Below, one piece after another: positions 1 through 8,374 of a DNA stretch of 64,000 bases (position 1 is the stretch's first letter; the number at the start of each line of letters is the position of its first letter). The position numbers and the translations under genes are program-made. The notes below the pieces were generated by a model. The model made no database searches and was not told the origin of the DNA. It worked only from the letters and a program-made list of their open reading frames with translations. This DNA comes from Gemmatimonadota bacterium (GTDB lineage Bacteria > Gemmatimonadota > Gemmatimonadetes > Gemmatimonadales > Gemmatimonadaceae). Location of the stretch: contig JAZJZK010000004.1 of assembly GCA_040389905.1 (NCBI GenBank), positions 1 to 64,000 on the forward strand. Reading direction: 5' to 3'.

Positions 1-100
1 AGTTCAACTTGAGATTTTACCGCGGCTTCGCGCGGCAAGAATCTCTACTGCGTTACGCAGCTAGATATTCCCGTCACAATTCATGAACACGCAATGATTG

Positions 101-116
101 TGGCCAACCGCTTGCA
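101..116 (+). promoter_or_regulatory. putative sigma-54 (-24/-12) promoter
   Basis: TGGCCAACCGCTTGCA fits TGGC-N7-TTGCA with the exact GG-N10-GC spacing, 32 bp upstream of the ATG at 149. Confidence 0.5.
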
Positions 117-148
117 AGTGGCGATGTTAGCCACCTTCACCAAGCGTC

Positions 149-1117
149 ATGCCCAAGACGGATTCCCAGATCCCCCCACCGCTCGCGAGCGCGCGCCGCC
201 AGAACGCGATGCGAACTCACCCAGTCGAGGGGGCAGTGGACTCGCTCTCAAACATCGAGGAAACGCGCCGCATCCTGGCGGGCATGCGCGACGCGTCCGA
301 GCGGGAGGCGCAGCGCGCTGATCTGGAGCGAGCCAAGGCGGATCTCGAAGCTGCGCTGCGAGGCATGGCCGATCGTGTTCAGGAGCTCGAGGAAGCACGT
401 TCCGCCGCCGATGATGCGAACGCGGCCAAGGACCAATTCCTCCGGACGATGAGCCACGAGCTCCGCACGCCGCTGAACGCCATTGGCGGATTCGCGAACC
501 TGTTGGAGATCGGCATTCACGGGCCGCTCACCAAGGCGCAGCGCGAGGATCTGGCACGCATCCAGTCCGCACAGGTGCGACTGCTGACGCTGGTGAATGA
601 CGTGCTCAACCTATCCAAGCTCGAGCGGGGGCAGGTGCGGTACGACATTCACGATGTCCCGGTGGGAGAGATCGTGGACACGCTGGCGGCCATCGTCGGT
701 CCGCAGGCGGAGGCAAAGAAGATCGACTTCGACTGCGGCCCCAAAGTCGACGGTACCACGGTCCGCGCGGACGCCCAAAAGCTCGAGCAGATCCTGCTCA
801 ACCTACTCGCCAACGCCATCAAGTTTACCCCGGAGGGCGGGCACATCGCCCTTCGTTGCGCGGTCGTCGGACCGACCGTGCAGCTGACCGTCATCGATAC
901 TGGCCCCGGAATTCCAACCGATCGGCAGACGGCGGTATTCGAACCGTTCGTACAGGTGGACTCATCCCTGACGCGCACCCATGAAGGGTCGGGCCTTGGC
1001 CTCTCGATCAGTCGAGAGCTCGCCCAGGGTATGGGAGGCACGATCACGCTGGAGAGCAGGCCCGGCGGTGGATCGGCGTTTACCGTGTCACTTCCCAGAG
1101 GCGAAACGAGCGAGTAG
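149..1117 (+). CDS. histidine kinase (HisKA + HATPase_c) with an N-terminal coiled coil and no obvious sensor or TM domain
   Basis: H-box MSHELRTPLNAI, N-box NLLANAIKFT, G1 DTGPGI, G2 GSGLGLSI. Confidence 0.9.
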   Translation: MPKTDSQIPPPLASARRQNAMRTHPVEGAVDSLSNIEETRRILAGMRDASEREAQRADLERAKADLEAALRGMADRVQELEEARSAADDANAAKDQFLRTMSHELRTPLNAIGGFANLLEIGIHGPLTKAQREDLARIQSAQVRLLTLVNDVLNLSKLERGQVRYDIHDVPVGEIVDTLAAIVGPQAEAKKIDFDCGPKVDGTTVRADAQKLEQILLNLLANAIKFTPEGGHIALRCAVVGPTVQLTVIDTGPGIPTDRQTAVFEPFVQVDSSLTRTHEGSGLGLSISRELAQGMGGTITLESRPGGGSAFTVSLPRGETSE

Positions 1118-1158
1118 CAACTGGCACACGAAGCAAGAACTCCTGCGCGCCGGAACAG

Positions 1159-1325
1159 GAACGCGGATCTCCCGACGATTGAGGCGGATACGATCTGATC
1201 TTTGGCGCCGCATACTTTCGCGTGCGCCATCTAAAGGTGGTCTTCGTCCTTGCATGGTGTAGCGCTTGTCCGAACGCGCACCGGACAAATCCGCGTCATC
1301 CGTTCAATCCGCCCAATCCGCGTTC
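1159..1325. repeat. imperfect intergenic palindrome (CGGAT/ATCCG-unit family)
   Basis: GAACGCGGAT at 1159 pairs with ATCCGCGTTC ending at 1325; repeated ATCCG units in the right arm; lies between convergent genes. Confidence 0.5.
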
Positions 1326-1394
1326 GCCGAAGGCGGTCAGTTGCTGTTCGCACAGGTCGGGACGCCCGCGGACACCAAGGGCGGAACCGAACGC

Positions 1395-2210
1395 TCACAA
1401 CGCCAACGCGTATTGCGACTCGGCGTCAACCCGGGCAGCGCGCGGGTGGAAGGGGCCCACGACTCCATGTTGCATCGACACACTCGTCGTTCCGCGAAAT
1501 CGCGTTCGACGAAGCGTCTCACTCATGACGCGATGCGCGAGTCCGTGGTCGTTGCAGTGCTGGCTCAAGTGCGCGAGCACCACTTGCGTCAAATTGCGAT
1601 TCACCGCACCGGCAACGAGATCCGCACATGCGCGGTTCGACAAGTGCCCGACGCGCGACGCAATGCGCGCACGAACGGACGGAGGGTATGGGCCGTCGCG
1701 CAGCATCCCCTCATCGTAGTTCGACTCGACGACGAGAATGTCGGCATCCTTGCAGATGTTCCGCACGCTTTCGCTCGCGTGGCCGATATCGGTGCACACC
1801 ACGGCGCAGGCGCCGCTCGACGTCGACGTCAGGCGCACACCGATGGGGCTGGTGGCGTCGTGCGGCGTGGCGCAGGTCGTCACGGTCATGCGCGAGAGGA
1901 TGATACTCTCGCCCGACTGTACGCTGGTGCAGTTGGCGGCCTGCAACTCCTCCCACGATGCGATGGTCCCCGGGCTCGCGAACAGCGACCATCCCCATTT
2001 GGCCGCGCCGGCCGCGGCGCCCCGGATGTGATCACCGTGCTCGTGCGTGACGATGCATGCTTCGATCGACCCTGGAGCAATGCCAATCGTCCGAAGCCTG
2101 CCCGCCAACGTCCGCGTTCCAAATCCACAATCAACAAGGACTCGGCTTTCACCGGCCTCGATGAGGACGGCGTTCCCCTCACTCCCGCTTCCGAGTACCC
2201 ACAGCTTCAC
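1395..2210 (-). CDS. MBL-fold metallo-hydrolase (YycJ/WalJ-like)
   Basis: LGSGSEGN, THEHGDH (HxHxDH), TPHD, ESNYD, GHLSN, LAHLS motifs. Confidence 0.85.
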   Translation of the reverse strand: MKLWVLGSGSEGNAVLIEAGESRVLVDCGFGTRTLAGRLRTIGIAPGSIEACIVTHEHGDHIRGAAAGAAKWGWSLFASPGTIASWEELQAANCTSVQSGESIILSRMTVTTCATPHDATSPIGVRLTSTSSGACAVVCTDIGHASESVRNICKDADILVVESNYDEGMLRDGPYPPSVRARIASRVGHLSNRACADLVAGAVNRNLTQVVLAHLSQHCNDHGLAHRVMSETLRRTRFRGTTSVSMQHGVVGPFHPRAARVDAESQYALAL

Positions 2211-3421
2211 TCGGTCACCGTCCAGCGCGCGCCATGCGACGCGGCCAATTGGCGGCGCCCGGTCGCGCTCAAGGTGATGTGCCGTCGAGACATCATCCGC
2301 GCGGCGACGTCAAGGAATTTGTCGAGGCGGTACTCCGAGAATGCACCGGCCTCGCCCCAGGAGAATGGGGCCACAACCTTGGGCGGCATCTCCGATCCGT
2401 AGACGTTCGAGCCGGTCCCGAGCACAGAACCCGTCGTCAGGCGGAGTCCGATACCCGTCTTGGCGTGGTCGCCGAACATGGTGCCCAGAAATTGGAGTCC
2501 GGTGTCGCGGACGCCGTCCGGCGTCCATAGCGTAACCGTTCCATATGTGTTCTTCAGGTTACTCGTGATCGTTCCCGCACCCAGATTGACCCACCTGCCG
2601 AGTATCGAGTGACCGACGAATCCGTCGTGGCCCTTGTTGGCGTGGCCAATGAAGATCGTGTTGCTGAGCTCCCCGTGCACCTTACAGACATCGCCGATTG
2701 ATGACGACGCGATCCGATCGCCCGTGACCGTGCTGTCCTTGCCAACGTGCAACGGGCCGACGAGGCGAGTGAAGGCCTGCACGTGAGAGCCGGCGCGGAG
2801 CAGGACAGGACCCGCCGTGAGGTCGAAGAACACCGACGGTTCCACCACCGCACCTTCCTCGACGTAGAGGGAGTGCTCACCGGTCGCGAACGAGCCCGCT
2901 GGCAGCGCAGAACTCATCGAAGCGCCGAGGATGGGCAGGTCGTGCTGGAGCATCTCGACAAGTTGGCCGACATAGTCCCAGACCTCGCGCATCCACCAGC
3001 CATGCCCCGACGCGACTTCGTGAATCGTCTCCGACCGATACGCAAATGTGCCAATGTTGGCGGTGCCATCGAGGAGGTGCGACACGTCGACATCGTTCGC
3101 CAGCCGCACCGCGACGAGCTTTTCTCCGGCAATCAGTTCATCGGGCTCGCCAACCGGCACGATGGCGGGGGCAAAGCGCGCGTTCGCCAACCAGCTCCCG
3201 CGCGGGATCACCCCGGTGGTAATGACAGGTGCTGATCCTGGCTCCTCGAAGCCGGCCAGGTGCGGTGCGGTAACGTGCCCCGCAACCGGATTCCCGAGCG
3301 CCATTGCCCAGCGTTCGCGCACGAGCAGCGCTCCCGCGCGCATCTCGCCGGCGGGTCGCGTGAGAGCGAACGGCTCGAAGGTGCGGGCGCACGCGTCATC
3401 GTAGAGATAGACCGCGCTCAT
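2207..3421 (-). CDS. GlmU-related sugar nucleotidyltransferase/acyltransferase
   Basis: N-terminal FEPFALTRP...RAG, hexapeptide-repeat C-terminal half with NKGHDGFVGHS and WVNLGAGT. Confidence 0.75.
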   Translation of the reverse strand: MSAVYLYDDACARTFEPFALTRPAGEMRAGALLVRERWAMALGNPVAGHVTAPHLAGFEEPGSAPVITTGVIPRGSWLANARFAPAIVPVGEPDELIAGEKLVAVRLANDVDVSHLLDGTANIGTFAYRSETIHEVASGHGWWMREVWDYVGQLVEMLQHDLPILGASMSSALPAGSFATGEHSLYVEEGAVVEPSVFFDLTAGPVLLRAGSHVQAFTRLVGPLHVGKDSTVTGDRIASSSIGDVCKVHGELSNTIFIGHANKGHDGFVGHSILGRWVNLGAGTITSNLKNTYGTVTLWTPDGVRDTGLQFLGTMFGDHAKTGIGLRLTTGSVLGTGSNVYGSEMPPKVVAPFSWGEAGAFSEYRLDKFLDVAARMMSRRHITLSATGRRQLAASHGARWTVTE

Positions 3422-4455
3422 GGGATGTCACGCACCGTGGCCGGCAAGGCGTCGATCAGGGACTTGAGATCGGTGGCCCGTTCAACCGTCGTTACCAGCG
3501 TGAGTCCGTCATGGACGACCACGACGAGATCGGACACGCCGAACAGCACGACCGTGCCCGCCTCGGCATGCACCACGTTGCCGTTCGATGCCACGACGTG
3601 CACATCGCCGTTGAGCGCGTTGTGGGCGGCGTCGAGCTCGCGAACGCGCCGGACGGCGGCCCAGGTGCCAACGTCATCCCAACCGAAATCACCGGCCAGC
3701 ACCATAACCTTCGTGCTCCGTTCCAGCAGACCGACATCAATGGAAATTGATGTGGGAAGCGCGCCGAAGAAGCCCGGAAGGCTATTCGAATTCGCCACCA
3801 GGTAGGGTGCGACTTCGGGAGTCAGCGCGCTGAGCTCGTCGAGGAAATCGCCGACGCGCCACACGAAGATGCCCGAGTTCCAGAGAAATCCGTCGCGCAC
3901 CATGACTTCGGCGCGCGCGCGATCGGGTTTTTCGATAAAGCGCGCGACCTTCCTGACACCGGGCGATTGTTCCTCACCCGGCTGGATGTAACCCAGACCT
4001 GGGTCAGGGCGAACGGGGACCACGCCGACGGTAACGAGCGCATGGTGCCGCTCGGCGGCGTCGGCGGCGCGGGAGAGCGCGGCGCGGAATCCTTCGGCAT
4101 CCAGTACCGCCCAATCGGCGTGGACGCTGATCATGACCGCGTCAGGGCCACCCCGCAACGCAATTTCGTGTGCCGCCCATGCCAGTGCCGCCGCCGTTCC
4201 CGCCGGACGTGGCTCCGCGATGATATTCTCGCGCGGAATTTCGGGCGCGAGCAGGGAAATCGATTCGACCAGGCTGTCGTTGGTGAGGATCAGCGTTTGC
4301 GACGCCGGCACCAGCGGGCCCAATCGACTGAGTGTGTCCGTCAGTAGGGGATGTGCAGTGGCCAGGGGAAGCAACTGCTTCGGACGGCGCGGCGTGGACA
4401 CCGGCCAGAAGCGCGAGCCCACGCCGCCCGCCAACACGACGGCCCATCTGTTCAT
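3418..4455 (-). CDS. manC: mannose-1-phosphate guanylyltransferase
   Basis: LAGGVGSRFWP..RPKQ, FIEKP, WNSGIF, GWDDVGTW. Confidence 0.85.
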   Translation of the reverse strand: MNRWAVVLAGGVGSRFWPVSTPRRPKQLLPLATAHPLLTDTLSRLGPLVPASQTLILTNDSLVESISLLAPEIPRENIIAEPRPAGTAAALAWAAHEIALRGGPDAVMISVHADWAVLDAEGFRAALSRAADAAERHHALVTVGVVPVRPDPGLGYIQPGEEQSPGVRKVARFIEKPDRARAEVMVRDGFLWNSGIFVWRVGDFLDELSALTPEVAPYLVANSNSLPGFFGALPTSISIDVGLLERSTKVMVLAGDFGWDDVGTWAAVRRVRELDAAHNALNGDVHVVASNGNVVHAEAGTVVLFGVSDLVVVVHDGLTLVTTVERATDLKSLIDALPATVRDIP

Positions 4456-4865
4456 CACGCCTCGGAATTCGGCTCGGTGGCGATGCCGGCGAGTTGCGCA
4501 GCGCGCGCATAGAGTCGCTTCGGACTGAATGGCTTGGTGAGAAATTCACTCGCGCCCAACTCCATCGCTAACCGATGCTGTTGTTCCTGCCCAGCGGCCG
4601 TTAGCACGATGGTCGGCAGAAGTTTGAGCCGCTCATCCTTCTGCATCTCGGCGAGCACGTCGAGTCCACTGAGATACGGCATCATGAGATCGAGCAGCAC
4701 GATCGCGATATCGTGTTCGCGATGGAGCACATCGAGTGCTTCGCGCCCGTCGTACGCAAGCGTCACCCGGAACGGCCCCTGTTCGAGTTTCATCTTGATG
4801 ATGCGGCCGATGTGTGGCTCATCGTCCGCAACGAGCGCATGCTTCACTGCAATATCATCGCTCAC
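4455..4865 (-). CDS. single-domain response regulator (receiver)
   Basis: LVADDE, LLDLMMP, LTA, KPFSP; GTG start chosen at 4865, just after the roadblock gene stop. Confidence 0.85.
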   Translation of the reverse strand: MSDDIAVKHALVADDEPHIGRIIKMKLEQGPFRVTLAYDGREALDVLHREHDIAIVLLDLMMPYLSGLDVLAEMQKDERLKLLPTIVLTAAGQEQQHRLAMELGASEFLTKPFSPKRLYARAAQLAGIATEPNSEA

Positions 4866-4866
4866 G

Positions 4867-5220
4867 TCAAACCAGCGCCGCGATACGTTCACGGTTGCGG
4901 CGGAGTTCGAACAGCAGCTGACCCACGTTCGCGCCCGCCGCGACGAGCACGACGAGAATGGCGTCCGTGTTCAGCACTGAGATGATCGCCAACCCGTGTT
5001 CGTGCTCGAGGACCGCCGTGGTCAGGGGACCACGCGCGATGTTCGCCCCCAGCTCATCGGCCGGGCCGATGATGGCAGGGATCAAAGCGGCTAGACTTTC
5101 GGTATCAACACCCGGGACGCTCTGGCTGTCGATCAAGAGGCCGTCGCGACCGAGCACGACGGCGGCTTCCACTCCCTCCCGCTGTCGAATCGTCCCAACA
5201 AGGTCTCGAATGCTCGGCAT
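4867..5220 (-). CDS. roadblock/LC7 (MglB-like) protein
   Basis: 117 aa; GVEAAVVLGRDGLLI and NVGQLLFELRR are typical of roadblock/LC7 domains. Confidence 0.8.
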   Translation of the reverse strand: MPSIRDLVGTIRQREGVEAAVVLGRDGLLIDSQSVPGVDTESLAALIPAIIGPADELGANIARGPLTTAVLEHEHGLAIISVLNTDAILVVLVAAGANVGQLLFELRRNRERIAALV

Positions 5221-5357
5221 TCCTGCTCCACTCGGAAAGTGCTGCGAAGCTTAAGGGTGAGGTGGGTGAAGTCAAGCTATGACAATCGCTTGAGTTTGAT
5301 CGCACCCACCCCTATTCTCCATACGGACAGACAGTGCATTCCCATTCCTGCCACATC

Positions 5358-5948
5358 ATGCCGCCAACCCGATATGGGCGCGTCGCTGTCGTGGCCTTTG
5401 CCGTCCTCGCGATCGCCTGCGGTGACATTACTCGCGCAAAGGCCACGTACACGAGCGTGCTCGGTTCGTTTGCCCTGTATACGCTGACCAATTCGCCACC
5501 TGCGGTGCCGAATGCGCTGCTCTTTCTCGGCGGTCAGACGCGTGCGACCTCGACCTTTTCCTTTGACGTCGCGTTCGACCTCGACGCCGACGGAAAGCCC
5601 GTGATCTATCCGGTCGCCACCCTCGCGGGCGCGCCGGCGGGCACGCAAAAGCGCATCGGGCTGCAGATCATTCCGGTCACGTTCAACGATCTCCGCGAGG
5701 TGCCGGCGACGGGCTACGACACGGTCAGCGCGAAGTCGGTCCCCGTTGGTGCAACGGTCGCCGTCGAGATGCGCGACCCTGCGGCGTGCTACAGCTCCAA
5801 CATCTACTCGATCACCTCGCAGTTCGTCTATGCGAAGATGGTGATCGACAGCGTGAACTTGTCCACGCGGCGGCTGTTCCTGCGCACGGTCATCGACCCG
5901 AATTGCGGGTATCGTATGGTGGTCCCGGATTCGGTTCCCACGAACTGA
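5358..5948 (+). CDS. hypothetical lipoprotein
   Basis: hydrophobic signal followed by lipobox LAIAC; TGA overlaps the serS ATG. Confidence 0.65.
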   Translation: MPPTRYGRVAVVAFAVLAIACGDITRAKATYTSVLGSFALYTLTNSPPAVPNALLFLGGQTRATSTFSFDVAFDLDADGKPVIYPVATLAGAPAGTQKRIGLQIIPVTFNDLREVPATGYDTVSAKSVPVGATVAVEMRDPAACYSSNIYSITSQFVYAKMVIDSVNLSTRRLFLRTVIDPNCGYRMVVPDSVPTN

Positions 5949-7222
5949 TGCACGACGCACGTGTGGTCCGGGAACGCCTCGACGAGCTGCGCGAGGCGAT
6001 GCGCCGGCGCGGTGCGCTCGGCGCGCTCGCCGGCCAGCTCGAGCGGTGCGATGGTCTTGAAAAGGAGCGTCGCCTCCTCATTCAGGCGGTGGAAGAACGA
6101 AAAGCCGCACGAAACGCCGGCTCACAGGAGGTCGCGCGCCGAAAGAAGGCGGGCGACGACGCGAGTGAACTGATCACGCGCGGCCGCGAGCTGGGCGAGG
6201 AAATCGGGCGGCTCGAGCGCGAACTCGCCGCGGCCGAACAAGCCCTCGACGGTATCCTGATGGAAGTGCCGAACATGACACTGCCCGACGTGCCGGAAGG
6301 CGGTGAGGAGAACAACGTCATCCTGCGGAGTTGGGGCGACCCGCGTCCCTCGGACGGTGTGAAGCCTCATTGGGACATCGGTTCGGCGCTCGGTCTGTTC
6401 GACCTCGAGCGGGCCACGAAGGTGAGCGGATCGGGCTTCACCTTTTATCGTGGCCGCGGGGCACGGCTCGTTCGCGCCCTGATGAACTTCTTCGTAAATA
6501 GTCATGCCGATTCGCATGGCTACGAGGAGATCTGGGCGCCGTCGCTCGTGAATCGCGCCACGATGACCGGCACCGGGCAGCTGCCAAAGTTCGAGGACGA
6601 TGCCTACAAGATCGCGGGCGACGACCTCTTCCTGATCCCTACCGCAGAGGTCCCCGTCACGAATATGTACCGCGACGAGATCCTCGAAGCGGACGCGCTA
6701 CCCATGGCGTTCGTGGCCTATACACCGTGCTTCCGTCGTGAGGCGGGGTCGGCGGGCAAGGACACGCGCGGTATTCAGCGCATGCACCAATTCGACAAGG
6801 TCGAACTCGTGCGCTATAGCAAACAGGACGACAGCGACGCCCAACTCGAGATGCTGCTCGGCCATGCCGAAGCGATGCTGCAGGCGCTCGGCTTGCCGTA
6901 CCGGGTCAAGCTCCTCGCCGCAGGTGACACGGGCTTCTCGAGCGCCAAGACGTATGACCTCGAAGCGTGGGCTCCGGGAATTGGTGCGTGGCTGGAGGTG
7001 AGTTCTGTCAGTACGTTCACGGACTTTCAGGCGCGGCGCGCGAACATTCGGTACCGGCCCGCAAAGGGCGAAAAGCCCAAGTTCGTGCACACGCTCAATG
7101 GGTCGGGGCTCGCGTTCCCTCGGACGATCGCCTGCATTCTCGAGCAGTACCAGCAGGCGGATGGCTCGGTCATCGTTCCGGAAGTGCTGCGGCCGTATGT
7201 AGGGACCGACCGGCTCGGGTAA
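5948..7222 (+). CDS. serS: serine--tRNA ligase
   Basis: N-terminal coiled coil, GTGQLPKF, LIPTAE, FRREAG..G.DTRG, HTLNGSGLA; ATG at 5948 (TGATG overlap). Confidence 0.97.
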   Translation: MHDARVVRERLDELREAMRRRGALGALAGQLERCDGLEKERRLLIQAVEERKAARNAGSQEVARRKKAGDDASELITRGRELGEEIGRLERELAAAEQALDGILMEVPNMTLPDVPEGGEENNVILRSWGDPRPSDGVKPHWDIGSALGLFDLERATKVSGSGFTFYRGRGARLVRALMNFFVNSHADSHGYEEIWAPSLVNRATMTGTGQLPKFEDDAYKIAGDDLFLIPTAEVPVTNMYRDEILEADALPMAFVAYTPCFRREAGSAGKDTRGIQRMHQFDKVELVRYSKQDDSDAQLEMLLGHAEAMLQALGLPYRVKLLAAGDTGFSSAKTYDLEAWAPGIGAWLEVSSVSTFTDFQARRANIRYRPAKGEKPKFVHTLNGSGLAFPRTIACILEQYQQADGSVIVPEVLRPYVGTDRLG

Positions 7223-7225
7223 TTG

Positions 7226-8374
7226 ATGCGCCGCGGCGGCCGCCAGCCGGAGCTGCTCATCGGCCTTCTCCTCGCCATTCTGCTCGCGTCGTTCGTCGTC
7301 TACACACAACGCGTCGTGCACGATCTTCGGCTCGAGGCGAAGCGTTCGAGTCAGATGTATGCGCGAATCTTCAGCGCCCGCAATGACACCAGTGCGGACG
7401 CTGGGATTCTATTGCTCTTTGACCTGACCAGGAGCATTCGCGAACAGGGCATCCCGATGATCGTCACCGACGTGGCGGGAACTCCGGCGTATCACGCCAA
7501 CGTTCCCCCTGCGGATACCGTGGACGACGCGCACCTCCGCGCCTATGTGCGTGTGCTCGACCGCCAGAATCCGCCAGTCGCGGACTCCACCATCGGCCAG
7601 ATCCATTTCGGCAACACGTCGCTGGTCAAATGGCTGCGCATCATTCCCGCACTTCAAGCCGCCAGCGCGTTGATGTTGCTCATCGCCGCCCTGTACATCG
7701 TCCGTACGAGAGGAAACGCGGAGCGCGAACGCGTGTGGGCGGGCATGGCCAGGGAATCCGCGCACCAGCTTGGGACGCCGCTCTCGAGTCTCAGCGGATG
7801 GATCGAGATCATCGAAGACCGCGGAACGGACGCCGCGACGCAATCGGTGGTGGCCAACATGCGTGCGGACATGTTGCGCCTCGATCGCGTCGCGCACCGC
7901 TTCGAACGCATCGGCCGAGAGCCGCGTCGTGACAAGGTCGACGTTCCGGCGCTGGTCAACGTCATCGGCGAGTATTTTCGTGCACGTGTTCCGAAACTCG
8001 CGAACGCCGTGACGATCGACATCCTGGGCCCCGGTGAGCCCGTGAGCGTACTCGGTGACGCAGTTTTGCTCGAATGGGCGATGGAAGTGCTCGTCAAGAA
8101 TGCCGTTGACGCGCTCGCCGGACGTGGGGGAACGATCACGCTGTCGACCGCGCCTCGGCCCGAGGGCGGGGCATCCATTCGCGTGGCGGACGATGGGCCC
8201 GGTATTCCGCGCGAGTTGCGGACCCGGATCTTCGATCCCGGTTTTTCCACCAAGAAGAGCGGGTGGGGCATCGGTCTTTCCCTCGCACGCCGCATCGTGG
8301 AAGAAAACCACGGCGGTACGCTTCGCCTCCTCCCGACGGACCGTGGAGCGGCATTCGAGATTATCTTGCATTGA
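7226..8374 (+). CDS. membrane sensor histidine kinase
   Basis: two TM segments, ESAHQLGTPLSSL H-box, KNAVDA, DDGPGI, GWGIGL. Confidence 0.88.
   Translation: MRRGGRQPELLIGLLLAILLASFVVYTQRVVHDLRLEAKRSSQMYARIFSARNDTSADAGILLLFDLTRSIREQGIPMIVTDVAGTPAYHANVPPADTVDDAHLRAYVRVLDRQNPPVADSTIGQIHFGNTSLVKWLRIIPALQAASALMLLIAALYIVRTRGNAERERVWAGMARESAHQLGTPLSSLSGWIEIIEDRGTDAATQSVVANMRADMLRLDRVAHRFERIGREPRRDKVDVPALVNVIGEYFRARVPKLANAVTIDILGPGEPVSVLGDAVLLEWAMEVLVKNAVDALAGRGGTITLSTAPRPEGGASIRVADDGPGIPRELRTRIFDPGFSTKKSGWGIGLSLARRIVEENHGGTLRLLPTDRGAAFEIILH

Noticed and set aside
1266..2402. 378-aa + strand ORF
   Set aside because: Antisense to the MBL hydrolase and begins inside a palindromic repeat.
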